Virus record (IMG/VR): IMGVR_UViG_3300025381_000007
Source of the DNA: a virus
DNA length: 64,000 nt
Direction: 5' to 3' (one strand)
The notes under the pieces were generated by a model that searched no databases, was not told the DNA's origin, and saw only the letters and a program-made list of their open reading frames with translations. Both the position numbers and the translations under genes were made by a program. Below, piece by piece: positions 21,334-30,610 of this stretch; position 1 is the first letter of the stretch, and the number at the start of each line of letters is the position of its first letter.

Positions 21334-22611
21334 TTAATCTTCTTTGTAGTAAGCAGTTTGACCAAATGGCGCTACGATAGTATCATTACCGTGGATGATG
21401 AACAGGCTTTCGCAGTAGTTCTCATCGCCCCAGCTACCGCATGGATAACCATCTGTAAACATAATGAAGCGTTTTGGCTCAATGCCTTCTTCCTTCATAA
21501 AGTTATAGCAAGCATCAAAGTCAGTACCGCCACCACCTTTGGGTTCATAATCCGTGATCTCGTCGGCATTGTCGCCTGTAAACTTAACATAGTTATAAAC
21601 TTCAGTGTCGAAGCAGAACAAGTCTAGTTTAAAGTCTTTGTATTCTTCCATAATGCCCTTAACTTCACCTAAGAAGTCTTGTGCCATTTTGTTGCTAATA
21701 GAACCAGACATATCGATTGCCACTGACACATCGATAGTTTCTTCGTTCATCATACCTGGCAACACGGCACCGCAATGTTGGCTCTTACGATTTGGACGTT
21801 GGAAACTAAAGTTGCTTTTAATGATACTTTGGATGTTCATACGCAACATTTGACGCCAATCCATTTTGGGTTCAGTAAAGTCAGTAATGTAACGTTGAAC
21901 GCCGGCAGGAATACGACCGGCCCCGGCTGCTTGAGCTGCCGCTACCATGGCTTCTTTGATTTCGTCCTTGATCTTTTTCTTTTCTTCTTCAGTTAGTTTA
22001 GGACGACCTTTGCCCTTGCCCTCGCCGTCAACTTCTTTACCATCGCCGCCGTCACTTTCTTCATCGCCATCACCGTCCAAATGTTCGTCTAACAACTCAC
22101 CGATTTCTTCCCAAGAAATCTTTTCAGCATTTTCGTACAAGTGATCATAGATCTGTTCGTAACTCCAGCCACGATACTTATTATCTTGGAAGATTTTAAT
22201 ATCTTTTGGAACTTCTCCAATGCGTTCGTCTTTTAAGATTTGATTAACAGCATAGTCGGCGGCAATGTTTGACAACTGACCATCACGATTATCGCGGCGT
22301 CCCAAATGGTCAAACACATTATGTAGTACTTCGTGTGCAAAACCAAATTCACATTCTTTTGGAGTTAATTTATTAACAAAATCGTTACTGTAATAGAAGT
22401 TCCGTCCATCTGTAGCCAAAGTACTACACCAGTCACTGGCATCGATTAGTTTCATACGAGTGGCCATGTTGCCAAAGAATGGGTGACGTAACAACAAACC
22501 AATACGAGCGGTTACAAGTTTTTCAACAATCTTGTTTTTTTCCGATTCAGAAAATACTTTACGTTCTGCTTTTGCTAGTTTTTTATTTGCTGTAGAAGTT
22601 TGAGTAGACAT
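21334..22611 (-). CDS. vWA-domain protein with N-terminal HEXXH metallopeptidase-like domain (DUF2201-like)
   Basis: HEVLH; MIDAS DMSGS; GGGTDF; FTDG; adjacent to MoxR ATPase. Confidence 0.85.
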   Translation of the reverse strand: MSTQTSTANKKLAKAERKVFSESEKNKIVEKLVTARIGLLLRHPFFGNMATRMKLIDASDWCSTLATDGRNFYYSNDFVNKLTPKECEFGFAHEVLHNVFDHLGRRDNRDGQLSNIAADYAVNQILKDERIGEVPKDIKIFQDNKYRGWSYEQIYDHLYENAEKISWEEIGELLDEHLDGDGDEESDGGDGKEVDGEGKGKGRPKLTEEEKKKIKDEIKEAMVAAAQAAGAGRIPAGVQRYITDFTEPKMDWRQMLRMNIQSIIKSNFSFQRPNRKSQHCGAVLPGMMNEETIDVSVAIDMSGSISNKMAQDFLGEVKGIMEEYKDFKLDLFCFDTEVYNYVKFTGDNADEITDYEPKGGGGTDFDACYNFMKEEGIEPKRFIMFTDGYPCGSWGDENYCESLFIIHGNDTIVAPFGQTAYYKED

Positions 22612-22632
22612 TACTGCTCCTGTTAAAATACT

Positions 22633-22661
22633 ATTATACTAAAATTTATCTAGTTTGTCAA
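22633..22661 (-). promoter_or_regulatory. Perfect sigma70 promoter TTGACA-N17-TATAAT for the vWA gene
   Basis: Minus strand reads TTGACAAACTAGATAAATTTTAGTATAAT. Confidence 0.85.
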
Positions 22662-22662
22662 T

Positions 22663-22682
22663 AAAAAAGGGGCCTAAGCCCC
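22663..22682 (-). terminator. Rho-independent terminator after the MoxR gene
   Basis: Minus strand GGGGC-TTAG-GCCCC followed by TTTTTT. Confidence 0.8.
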
Positions 22683-22686
22683 AATT

Positions 22687-23766
22687 TTATTCCATAGCCT
22701 GGATAATGAACTTACCGTATTTGTCGTGGAAGCGATCAAAGTTCTTTAACTTAGACGCATCAAACGGCAATTGATAGTTCGTGAGCGCCACTTTGGCCCC
22801 CATCACAACCAACTCAGTTGGGAAATTGTCCATCATGAAGCCGAAGAAGTTATCTGCCATCTTGTCCCAATCTTTAACCTTCTTTTGGCTAGCGGTTTGG
22901 AGTTCGTAACACATAGACACTGTCAAAGAATACATAGCAGAAATTTCTTTGATATCACATTTAATAACTTTGCCGTTCAAAATGTCTGCTGGGTTAGGCA
23001 TTTGTTTGGCAACACGACGGTGAGCCATGAACTTAACAGCAAGACCTTCACCAATAGCACCAGCAACCAAATCGGTCAAAGTACCTTCTGGCAAGTCGTC
23101 GTCCTTTAGCAAGTCGCTAACAAAGCTCCAAGAACGGGGAGTAGCAAACGCACGGCTTGAAGATTTTGGATCAAAATCATACAAGTCTTGTTTAGCAAAG
23201 CCAACATAGCCAACAACCTGTTCGTGAACCTTGTTGTTAACAGCCCATTCTTGCCAATCTTCAAAATCACTCTTCAATTCTAAGTGAACGAAACGGTTAG
23301 CCAACGGAGCAGGCATACGATAAGTAACACCTTTATCGCTTTCGCGGTTACCAGCGGCAACAATACTAACACCATCTGGCAACTTGTAAGTACCAACACG
23401 GCGATTCAAAACCAACTGGAAAGCCGCTGCCTGTGTAGCAGGAGCCGCAGAGTTCAACTCGTCCAAGAACAGGATAGCAGTAGAGTTAGGATCAGTGGGC
23501 AATTCAGCAGGAGGAGCCCAACTCATTGTGTTAGCATTGGCATCAAAGTATGGAATACCTTTAATGTCAGTGGGTTCCCAAAGGCTCAACCGAACGTCGA
23601 TAACTTCTCGACCTTGTTTGTCACCAATCTGTTTAACAATATCGGATTTACCAATGCCTGGAGGGCCCCACATGAATACAGGGCGTTGAATCTTAACGCA
23701 CTTCTCGATACTACGCTTGGCTTCGTTAGGCGTAACGGTGCGATTTGAACTGATCTTTTCTGCCAT
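22687..23766 (-). CDS. MoxR-type AAA+ ATPase
   Basis: Walker A GPPGIGKS, Walker B LFLDE, AAGN, LANRF, TPRSW; ATG at 23766 preferred as start. Confidence 0.9.
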   Translation of the reverse strand: MAEKISSNRTVTPNEAKRSIEKCVKIQRPVFMWGPPGIGKSDIVKQIGDKQGREVIDVRLSLWEPTDIKGIPYFDANANTMSWAPPAELPTDPNSTAILFLDELNSAAPATQAAAFQLVLNRRVGTYKLPDGVSIVAAGNRESDKGVTYRMPAPLANRFVHLELKSDFEDWQEWAVNNKVHEQVVGYVGFAKQDLYDFDPKSSSRAFATPRSWSFVSDLLKDDDLPEGTLTDLVAGAIGEGLAVKFMAHRRVAKQMPNPADILNGKVIKCDIKEISAMYSLTVSMCYELQTASQKKVKDWDKMADNFFGFMMDNFPTELVVMGAKVALTNYQLPFDASKLKNFDRFHDKYGKFIIQAME

Positions 23767-23826
23767 AGTCAACTTTCTTAAGTTAAAAAAATATTTTACT
23801 GTTGCACTCTGCTTCAGTATGTAACT

Positions 23827-23855
23827 ATTGTAACGCAGATCTGTGTTTAAGTCAA
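23827..23855 (-). promoter_or_regulatory. sigma70-type promoter TTGACT-N17-TACAAT for MoxR
   Basis: Near-consensus -35/-10 with 17-nt spacing. Confidence 0.7.
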
Positions 23856-24230
23856 TGGAGTTTTTGGTTTTTTTGCTTTAGCGGCACTGTATCTTACAAT
23901 GTTGCCAGAAAACAACACTAGCTGAATAGCCATTTTTTCATCAAATACATAGATTTCATCTTTGGTAATATACCAAGGGCTTTCGATTAGATTATCTAAC
24001 CAAATAATAACTTGATTAGTATATTCTACAGGTTCATCTAATGTAACTTTATGTGCTTTGATATGAGCAGTTAATCGAGCAAACCCTTCGTCAGTTAATC
24101 TAAGCCCGCCCTTTTCTTTATTACGATAGTTAAACCACCATTGTGGTAACAACTTACGAATGGATTTTTCATCCGTGGGTAGATTAAACTGTTCTGCAAT
24201 ATATCGGGTAATATCAATCTTCAGAGTCAT
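23847..24230 (-). CDS. Hypothetical protein (127 aa)
   Basis: ORF in operon; 'GGLRLTDEG' motif. Confidence 0.65.
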   Translation of the reverse strand: MTLKIDITRYIAEQFNLPTDEKSIRKLLPQWWFNYRNKEKGGLRLTDEGFARLTAHIKAHKVTLDEPVEYTNQVIIWLDNLIESPWYITKDEIYVFDEKMAIQLVLFSGNIVRYSAAKAKKPKTPLT

Positions 24231-24513
24231 TGGTTAACTTTTCTCCAGTAACCAATTTATAGACAGAAAAATCTTGAGTATTAAACTGTTTATTAAGTTT
24301 TTCAGCAAGATTATGGGCATGACCGGCATTTGAAAATGATACTTTTTTATATTTAGGACCAATTTTCTGTGCAAGAATACTACTAGTTTTTAAATTAATA
24401 GGCTTGTCTTGATAAAATACAGCCCAAATAGCCTCAGCATCTAAAACTTGTTCTGTTTTATACGTCTTTTTATTGGTTAGTTCTAATAATATGGTTGGCT
24501 TGGGTCTGCTCAT
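24214..24513 (-). CDS. Hypothetical protein (MSRPKP..., 99 aa)
   Basis: GGAG RBS before ATG 24513; TAAATA at 24536-24541. Confidence 0.7.
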   Translation of the reverse strand: MSRPKPTILLELTNKKTYKTEQVLDAEAIWAVFYQDKPINLKTSSILAQKIGPKYKKVSFSNAGHAHNLAEKLNKQFNTQDFSVYKLVTGEKLTNDSED

Positions 24514-24541
24514 ATACGCTCCATAAGTGCGTATATATTTA

Positions 24542-24760
24542 TTAAAAACTGTTAAAACCGCCACCGTCCATTTTAATAACAATAGTTTCGTCGCTGGTAT
24601 TAGGGCCGCCTGCTAATCTTGTCATAACCAAAGATAAACTATTCTGTAAATCAGTTACTTCTTTAAGACTTAGCACTAGATTTTTTTGATTACTTTTAAT
24701 AGCAATCCGTGCTTTATTTAAAAAATCTTCGATTGGTAATGTGTTTATTGTATTACTCAT
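24542..24760 (-). CDS. Hypothetical protein (72 aa, ends MDGGGF)
   Basis: Overlapping-operon packing. Confidence 0.6.
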   Translation of the reverse strand: MSNTINTLPIEDFLNKARIAIKSNQKNLVLSLKEVTDLQNSLSLVMTRLAGGPNTSDETIVIKMDGGGFNSF

Positions 24761-25241
24761 TTGATTTAATCTCTTTTATTAATACCGTTTTTAATTCTTC
24801 TTCAGTTTTAAAAGGTCCGTAGTATGGATAACGCTCTAAAGTAATTAGTTTAGGGCAAAACGATTTAACCCAACCTTTACTAAACTTAATAATATAATGT
24901 CCTGCACATAACTGACTTTTACTTTTAGAACGTTTTGTATATAAAGGTAGTTTCTTTTGAACATTATATAAAGGTTCATAGGGTTTAGTCTTACACGGAT
25001 AATCATAAATGCTATATGATACTGGCTCTAGAATATCTCGTTTTACTTTTTTAATACTTTCTTCAAATAAAGCAATACCCACTGCATTTTTAACTTCGGT
25101 TAAATCTTTAAAAGGTATGGCTTTACCGTGATGTAATACCAAATAACCTTTTTTGACCTTACTGATACTACCGATTTTTTTATTACCGGATTTAATCAAC
25201 CATTCTTGGTTGGGAATTAATACTTTGGCATTTGTTGACAT
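24753..25241 (-). CDS. Hypothetical protein (162 aa)
   Basis: Operon packing; basic protein. Confidence 0.65.
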   Translation of the reverse strand: MSTNAKVLIPNQEWLIKSGNKKIGSISKVKKGYLVLHHGKAIPFKDLTEVKNAVGIALFEESIKKVKRDILEPVSYSIYDYPCKTKPYEPLYNVQKKLPLYTKRSKSKSQLCAGHYIIKFSKGWVKSFCPKLITLERYPYYGPFKTEEELKTVLIKEIKSNE

Positions 25242-25243
25242 TT

Positions 25244-26233
25244 TTATACATACCTTGCATTTAATGGTTCTGCGTAGCTTTGAACTTGTTCGCTTACTTT
25301 GACCATATCAAACTCGGCGCAGAATTTTAATAATCGAATACCAACTTGTGGAATATTTTTTTCTGCCGTAGTTGCTGTATCGATTGTTTCTTTAATCAAA
25401 AGTTTAATATCTTCGGGTTGTGCTGTCAAGTCGCATAGTGTGACATTACGATTGTAATCGTCTAACACACGGTGTTCGACACCTTCGTGGTCAGTCCAGC
25501 GCTGGAGCATGAGATTGTTCCAAGAGTATCCTTTGGTATTTCGATCGGCATAGGCCTCCTGGAGACCAACTTTATTCTTTGTTCCTTTAGTACGAACTCC
25601 CGGATAAGCAGAAAAGACGTTGTCTGAGGTATCTCCTCGCATACACTTCTCGAAAAGTAACCACTTGGGGTCTGGTGCAGGCTTTTCCTCTTTAGTTTTT
25701 TTATCAATAACACGCTTGCCTTTAGCATCGAAATATCCTTCGTGTGTTGTAGTGATTTCCATTACACCGTTATATTGTCGAACATTTGGAGCAATCAGCT
25801 GTGCAAAATCTCCATCTGTTGAAATAATCACGTGGTTATCGTCGGGATGTGCCTGTATGAAACCTGCAATCAAATCATCTGCTTCGAGTTGCGGATGTTG
25901 TAGTACAGTTGTATTGGTTTTCGTAGTGATAAAATCTTTGAACTGGTCAAAGGTTTCCCAAAATACACGTTCTTCTTCTTGTTCTCTGGGATTCATTGCG
26001 GCACGACCTTCTGCTCGTTGTGCCTTATAAGGAGTATAAAAACTTTTACGCCACGAGCGACCTTCTAAACAGAATACCACATGGTCACCTTTAAAGTCCT
26101 TCCATGCTTTACGAACACTGCCAAGCACTGTATGAATACTCATACCAATCTTGTCATTAAGGTCTCCCCTAATAACATGTCGTGCTCTAAAAAATGTATT
26201 TGCTGTATCTACTAGAATGTATGTTTTGTTCAT
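25244..26233 (-). CDS. rnh: T4 RNase H-like 5'-3' exonuclease / flap endonuclease
   Basis: LVD..N, SWRK...YK..R, EADD, STDGDF.QL and GDTSDNV motifs. Confidence 0.88.
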   Translation of the reverse strand: MNKTYILVDTANTFFRARHVIRGDLNDKIGMSIHTVLGSVRKAWKDFKGDHVVFCLEGRSWRKSFYTPYKAQRAEGRAAMNPREQEEERVFWETFDQFKDFITTKTNTTVLQHPQLEADDLIAGFIQAHPDDNHVIISTDGDFAQLIAPNVRQYNGVMEITTTHEGYFDAKGKRVIDKKTKEEKPAPDPKWLLFEKCMRGDTSDNVFSAYPGVRTKGTKNKVGLQEAYADRNTKGYSWNNLMLQRWTDHEGVEHRVLDDYNRNVTLCDLTAQPEDIKLLIKETIDTATTAEKNIPQVGIRLLKFCAEFDMVKVSEQVQSYAEPLNARYV

Positions 26234-26667
26234 TAAGAAACTTCCGTTTTACCATCATCACGTAGCGTACGAGTAACAGATCCACTAGATCTGCGTGTCA
26301 TATCGATACCCTCTTCGCCTGCAACATTACGACAAAGTTCAGTAAACCATTCGTCAACAACGGCTTCTTCATCTTCGCCTAAATATCCGTCAGCACGTAA
26401 TTGTAACACAAAGTATTCATTCCAGTCAAGTTCAAAGAAACCGTTGCGAGCATTATCTTTGCCTACATGGGTTTCGACTACAGATACCCACGGTTCTTTA
26501 TTTTCTGTAGCAATCTCTTTTGGAGTCTTAGTAGGTTTGGTTGCTTCGGCTAACTTGGATTCAGTTTCCTTAATCTTATTAGCCATTTCTTCTGCATATT
26601 TTCTTGCAGCTTGAGCTTCTTCTTCTAGTTTATCTAAGCCCAATGCTTTTTTAATAAAATTTCTCAT
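26233..26667 (-). CDS. Hypothetical protein (144 aa)
   Basis: TAATG coupling to rnh; 'GFFELDWN' motif. Confidence 0.7.
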   Translation of the reverse strand: MRNFIKKALGLDKLEEEAQAARKYAEEMANKIKETESKLAEATKPTKTPKEIATENKEPWVSVVETHVGKDNARNGFFELDWNEYFVLQLRADGYLGEDEEAVVDEWFTELCRNVAGEEGIDMTRRSSGSVTRTLRDDGKTEVS

Positions 26668-26670
26668 AGT

Positions 26671-26907
26671 TTACCTTTTTAATTGCCAAATTAAATGTTC
26701 GTGTTTGTTGTGCCACCTATATAGGTATATAGGATCACCTGGGCCAGTAATCATTTTGGTAAATTTATAGCCCCGTTCTAACCAAATTCTTTTTCCTGTT
26801 AAAGCACAGCGTTTAGGAAAAACTGCAAATTTGTATTCAACACTTGCGGTTTTGTAAAACCATAGGTCATCTGATGTTGTATCATTATAATTCTTACCAA
26901 ACATCAT
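26671..26907 (-). CDS. Hypothetical protein (78 aa)
   Basis: ATGA overlap with upstream gene. Confidence 0.6.
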   Translation of the reverse strand: MMFGKNYNDTTSDDLWFYKTASVEYKFAVFPKRCALTGKRIWLERGYKFTKMITGPGDPIYLYRWHNKHEHLIWQLKR

Positions 26908-27152
26908 TTGCCTTCGTATGCCGGATTTGGAATATCTAACTCAAATATATGGAACTTGTCTTTACTATCGGTAGCACTAGCAACCAGTAGTTCCATTGTT
27001 CTATATTTTTCTGCTTCCTCTCGAGTAAAATAAAACCCAGTCGCTCCGCCGCCAGGACTAGCCGTACCTGTAGGATACAGATAGAAGTTAGGTGATTGTT
27101 TTAACAACATATACACCTTTAGAAACTTTGGAGCCAGCAACGGTTCGGCCAT
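26904..27152 (-). CDS. Hypothetical protein (82 aa)
   Basis: TAATG overlap with the queE stop at 27152. Confidence 0.6.
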   Translation of the reverse strand: MAEPLLAPKFLKVYMLLKQSPNFYLYPTGTASPGGGATGFYFTREEAEKYRTMELLVASATDSKDKFHIFELDIPNPAYEGK

Positions 27153-28009
27153 TAAGTCCCCCACTCGTTTTTGAACAATGGCACTTGTAGACGATCACTA
27201 TAACGCCACCCTCGCTTCATTGCGGCAATGGCAACGGATCGAGCATTGAGATTATAAACAGACTCAACACCGCCGACAGGCATAAGGTATACGTGACCTT
27301 TAAAACCTGCCGCTCTAAATTCGTCAACTGCTCGTTCTGCATCTTTAATGTCCTCTTCTGTTGATACTACTAATTTCAAATATGCTGTACCGTATTCTTC
27401 ATACTCGCAAACACGATCGGGTTTTATTGCATCCTCCCATGGCTCGCCGCTTGCTGGTAATTTTGCACTGACATTAAATGTAATTTCGCGACCAAAGTCT
27501 TTATCTTGATGATATTTCCATGTATGTAGATATTCTTTGAATTCTTTCGTTAGCCTCATTGTGCCGTTAGTTTCAAAAGTAATTTCTCTCAAATTAGACA
27601 TCTTAGGATGATCTAACAAATCCGGATATTGCTTTTGCCAACCCAGCAATGGCTCTCCGCCTGTGATTACCAAATGTTCATCCCGCCATTCTCCATGTGG
27701 GAGAATTTCCATAATACGATCCGCAATAGCATCAGTTGTGAGCATTGGGCTTAGATCTTTAAAATCAGGCATCCAGGAGGCGTATGAGTCGCACCCAGAA
27801 TTTACCAATGGAAGTTCTTCGTATTTGTTATAAAAATGCGCCACCCGGGCAATATCGTGCCTTTCTTGGCTTTTCTCTCCAAGTGGCATGCCAAAACCGT
27901 CGCAGGTAAAATTGCAACCAAAAGTTCTTAAGAAGATTGACGGTACCCCCATATATCTTCCTTCTCCCTGAATGCTGTAAAATAATTCTGCGATTTTAAT
28001 CTTGCTCAT
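27152..28009 (-). CDS. queE: 7-carboxy-7-deazaguanine synthase QueE (radical SAM)
   Basis: ELFYSIQGEG...PSIFLRTFGCNFTC...(insert)...CDS, ITGGEPLL, FETNGT, RLQVPL motifs. Confidence 0.88.
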   Translation of the reverse strand: MSKIKIAELFYSIQGEGRYMGVPSIFLRTFGCNFTCDGFGMPLGEKSQERHDIARVAHFYNKYEELPLVNSGCDSYASWMPDFKDLSPMLTTDAIADRIMEILPHGEWRDEHLVITGGEPLLGWQKQYPDLLDHPKMSNLREITFETNGTMRLTKEFKEYLHTWKYHQDKDFGREITFNVSAKLPASGEPWEDAIKPDRVCEYEEYGTAYLKLVVSTEEDIKDAERAVDEFRAAGFKGHVYLMPVGGVESVYNLNARSVAIAAMKRGWRYSDRLQVPLFKNEWGT

Positions 28010-28274
28010 ATATATTAGACCATTTCTTTAGTTTTTCTTTTTTAGCAGCAGTAGCGGCTTTTAAGTTATGATATGATATTACATCCAACTCATGTAGAAT
28101 GTCAATCATTGCGAGTACATCGCCTAACTCTTCTTCTAGGTGTTCTTTGTTTGTTTTTGGTTTGCCAGGCTTGAAATTATTTAGGCCGAAGCGACTAATT
28201 TTACTAATAGCTTGGATTACTTCTGCACATTCTTCTTGTAGAATGTCCATTACTTCTTTGGTTCTCTTATCCAT
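27996..28274 (-). CDS. MazG-like all-alpha NTP pyrophosphohydrolase
   Basis: EECAE...EEELGDV motif. Confidence 0.75.
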   Translation of the reverse strand: MDKRTKEVMDILQEECAEVIQAISKISRFGLNNFKPGKPKTNKEHLEEELGDVLAMIDILHELDVISYHNLKAATAAKKEKLKKWSNIYEQD

Positions 28275-28728
28275 TTTTTGCTCGATCTGTAAGGTATTGT
28301 TCATTATGAATCCACTTGTTGTTGACTAAAAATCCCCACTCCCGCCGTTGTGGCCCAGGCATAAAACAAGTCCATGCTGTTACATTGGGATCCAATTCAA
28401 TGCGATGGTATGAAGTAGGTTTGCAAATACGAAAATGACCAGGGCCACGCCAATGACGAATTTCTCCAATTTTTTCTCCTAGGCTATTAAACTCGGGTAC
28501 CCATTCATAGTAACCGCCACGCAGAATAAGTGTGGCATAGGGCCATGGGTGATCGTGAACATCATCGGGGTCACTCTTTAAAAACTTGTGGATAAAGATA
28601 TTGAACGGAAATGCTTTACGATCTTTAAGGAAAACATAATAGCGTTCTAGATATGGTTCATTTTCTTCTCGATCCATAATAATACGTCGACGACCAATTT
28701 TATCCAAGAAGTTTAAAAGGAATTTCAT
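28267..28728 (-). CDS. Cupin-fold (cysteine-dioxygenase-like) protein
   Basis: HDHPW...ILRGGYYE...HRIEL...REWGF. Confidence 0.7.
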   Translation of the reverse strand: MKFLLNFLDKIGRRRIIMDREENEPYLERYYVFLKDRKAFPFNIFIHKFLKSDPDDVHDHPWPYATLILRGGYYEWVPEFNSLGEKIGEIRHWRGPGHFRICKPTSYHRIELDPNVTAWTCFMPGPQRREWGFLVNNKWIHNEQYLTDRAKNG

Positions 28729-29819
28729 TTTAAATTTTTCAATAAGTTAGTTGCACTAAAAAAATGTTCAGTTAAGTCCTGTGCCTGTTTCTTAACCTGC
28801 GGCACCTGTTGATTATAAAAATTCATAGTTTGAATGATTAAGGCACATAGTTCTTGTCTGTGGGTTTCATAGGCTTCAAAACTTTCTGTCCACTCACTAG
28901 GGTACTTGAATCCGCTGTAATACATTTCTGTATATGATAGTCGATCTGGCACCATAGGGATAGCATCTACCATAGCACCTTCGTAGCAACTAATGCCCAG
29001 TGTTTCCTGTAGATTAGCACTGAACACAATCTTAGCACGTTTTAACAATCGATGATATTCATGCTTGGTCAGAGGTTGATCTTGACAAACAACAAATTCA
29101 TATTGTGGTAAGTACTTGGCTAGGTCACGGAAAATCTCCACTTGCTTTTCTGGAGCAATACGATGTGGGAACAAGATTAAGTCATCCTTTTGATAAGGAC
29201 CATCACCGCTCAGTAGTGTGTCCATATACTCCATAGGCCAGCCTGTACGAACAATTTTACCACTTTCGTATCGACGTTCGAAGTCCTCATCATGCCAAGG
29301 ATTCTCACTAGGATAATCGTGTAGTAGATTATTAAAGAACATTCTTACATGGAAGTCTGTGGCAAAATAGTTGTGATCAAACGCATGGTAAAAACTCTTT
29401 TCAGCGTGTCTAACCCAAGGTTTATCGCCAACAAGGCGTCCTAAGAAGTCTTGAGGATCATAACTGCCCGCATGCCATAAGCCGTGTGTTGTTACAGGAA
29501 TCTGCAACAGCTCACTCATGTATTTTAAGTTTATAATGCCAGGATGCCAAGCGTCAGTAAACAAAAAATGATCGCCAGGCTTAACTGCTCCGGAGCAAAA
29601 TAAACGACTAATCTGTTCAACTTGAGCAGACTTGTAGATATTAGTGCCGCCAAAATTAAGAAAGGCGCCAGGAGTAGTGGCACTAGGAATGTCCGTAGGA
29701 CCAGAGATAATTTGAACATTGTGATCTTCCTTTGCAAGTAGATAAGGTACATGAGACTGCCATTGTCCCGTGTACCTACTCTCCACCGCCTCTATATCGA
29801 CGATGAATACATTTGCCAT
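28725..29819 (-). CDS. GT-B fold glycosyltransferase (GT4-like)
   Basis: ILFPHRIAPEK and QETLGISCYEG (EX7E) motifs; IPMVPDRLSYTE. Confidence 0.8.
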   Translation of the reverse strand: MANVFIVDIEAVESRYTGQWQSHVPYLLAKEDHNVQIISGPTDIPSATTPGAFLNFGGTNIYKSAQVEQISRLFCSGAVKPGDHFLFTDAWHPGIINLKYMSELLQIPVTTHGLWHAGSYDPQDFLGRLVGDKPWVRHAEKSFYHAFDHNYFATDFHVRMFFNNLLHDYPSENPWHDEDFERRYESGKIVRTGWPMEYMDTLLSGDGPYQKDDLILFPHRIAPEKQVEIFRDLAKYLPQYEFVVCQDQPLTKHEYHRLLKRAKIVFSANLQETLGISCYEGAMVDAIPMVPDRLSYTEMYYSGFKYPSEWTESFEAYETHRQELCALIIQTMNFYNQQVPQVKKQAQDLTEHFFSATNLLKNLK

Positions 29820-30043
29820 TACGCTTCCTGACGTGCTCGTGCTTCTCGGCGTGCCTTACGCTCCAAGTACTCTTGCTCTTGTTGATAACGACGATAGTCG
29901 GGACTGCGATACAGATCCTTTTCGTCATACTTAATAAGGTTGAAACGGCAGTGGTCAAGCCACCGATCCAAGTCATCGAACACCCGTGTAACTTCGGGTT
30001 TCATCTTAAGAGTTTTTTGGATATAGGCAGGGATATTAGCCAT
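29819..30043 (-). CDS. Hypothetical protein (74 aa)
   Basis: AAGGA RBS; TAATG coupling to the glycosyltransferase. Confidence 0.65.
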   Translation of the reverse strand: MANIPAYIQKTLKMKPEVTRVFDDLDRWLDHCRFNLIKYDEKDLYRSPDYRRYQQEQEYLERKARREARARQEA

Positions 30044-30062
30044 GGTGTGTTTTTCCTTTAGT

Positions 30063-30434
30063 TTAGGAGGTTAATGAAATAAGTGGAGTATATTCTACAA
30101 TACCATCTGACTCACCATCTTCAGAAACCACAACTTCGTAATATCGTTCTCCGTATGTGGGAATAAGATGGTTTTGCAAAATATCTGTTGCTATCATTTC
30201 GCAGGATTTATGATTCTGATTGCCTGCTTTGATAAAATCTTGTAGTGCCCATTTAACAAGGAAGAACTCTAGTTCACGATCCAAATGCGTGACAGAGATT
30301 TTAACTTCAACCTTGAACATATGGCGATGTTCATGTTCTAAGAATTCGATACGAGGATCGATCAATCCTGCGTTAGGATAAAAATGAAATCCTTCGAATT
30401 CTGTTCGAACTTTGATATAAGTGCTAGTTGTCAT
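30063..30434 (-). CDS. QueD-like tunnelling-fold protein (LxxxHRHxF type, DpdL-like)
   Basis: FEGFH...LEHEHRHMF.VEV.I.V...RELEF...SCEMIA...V.VSEDGE motifs in deazaguanine context. Confidence 0.7.
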   Translation of the reverse strand: MTTSTYIKVRTEFEGFHFYPNAGLIDPRIEFLEHEHRHMFKVEVKISVTHLDRELEFFLVKWALQDFIKAGNQNHKSCEMIATDILQNHLIPTYGERYYEVVVSEDGESDGIVEYTPLISLTS

Positions 30435-30610
30435 TCTGCTGACGGTTTCTTAACAACTTTTTGACTAGCAGTTGTGGGTTTTGATGGAAGGTTATCTTTC
30501 ATCATATTATAGATTTCCCACAGCTTCCAGTCAATGCCTTCGAGTACTTTAAACAAGCGTTCTTCTACATCCGGCTTTGGAGCACCCTTAGTAACCTTAG
30601 TTGTAATCAT
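30431..30610 (-). CDS. Small hypothetical protein (59 aa), missed by ORF track
   Basis: MITTKVTKGAPKPDVEERLFKVLEGIDWKLWEIYNMMKDN...; ATGA overlaps at both ends and fills the gap exactly. Confidence 0.65.
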   Translation of the reverse strand: MITTKVTKGAPKPDVEERLFKVLEGIDWKLWEIYNMMKDNLPSKPTTASQKVVKKPSAE

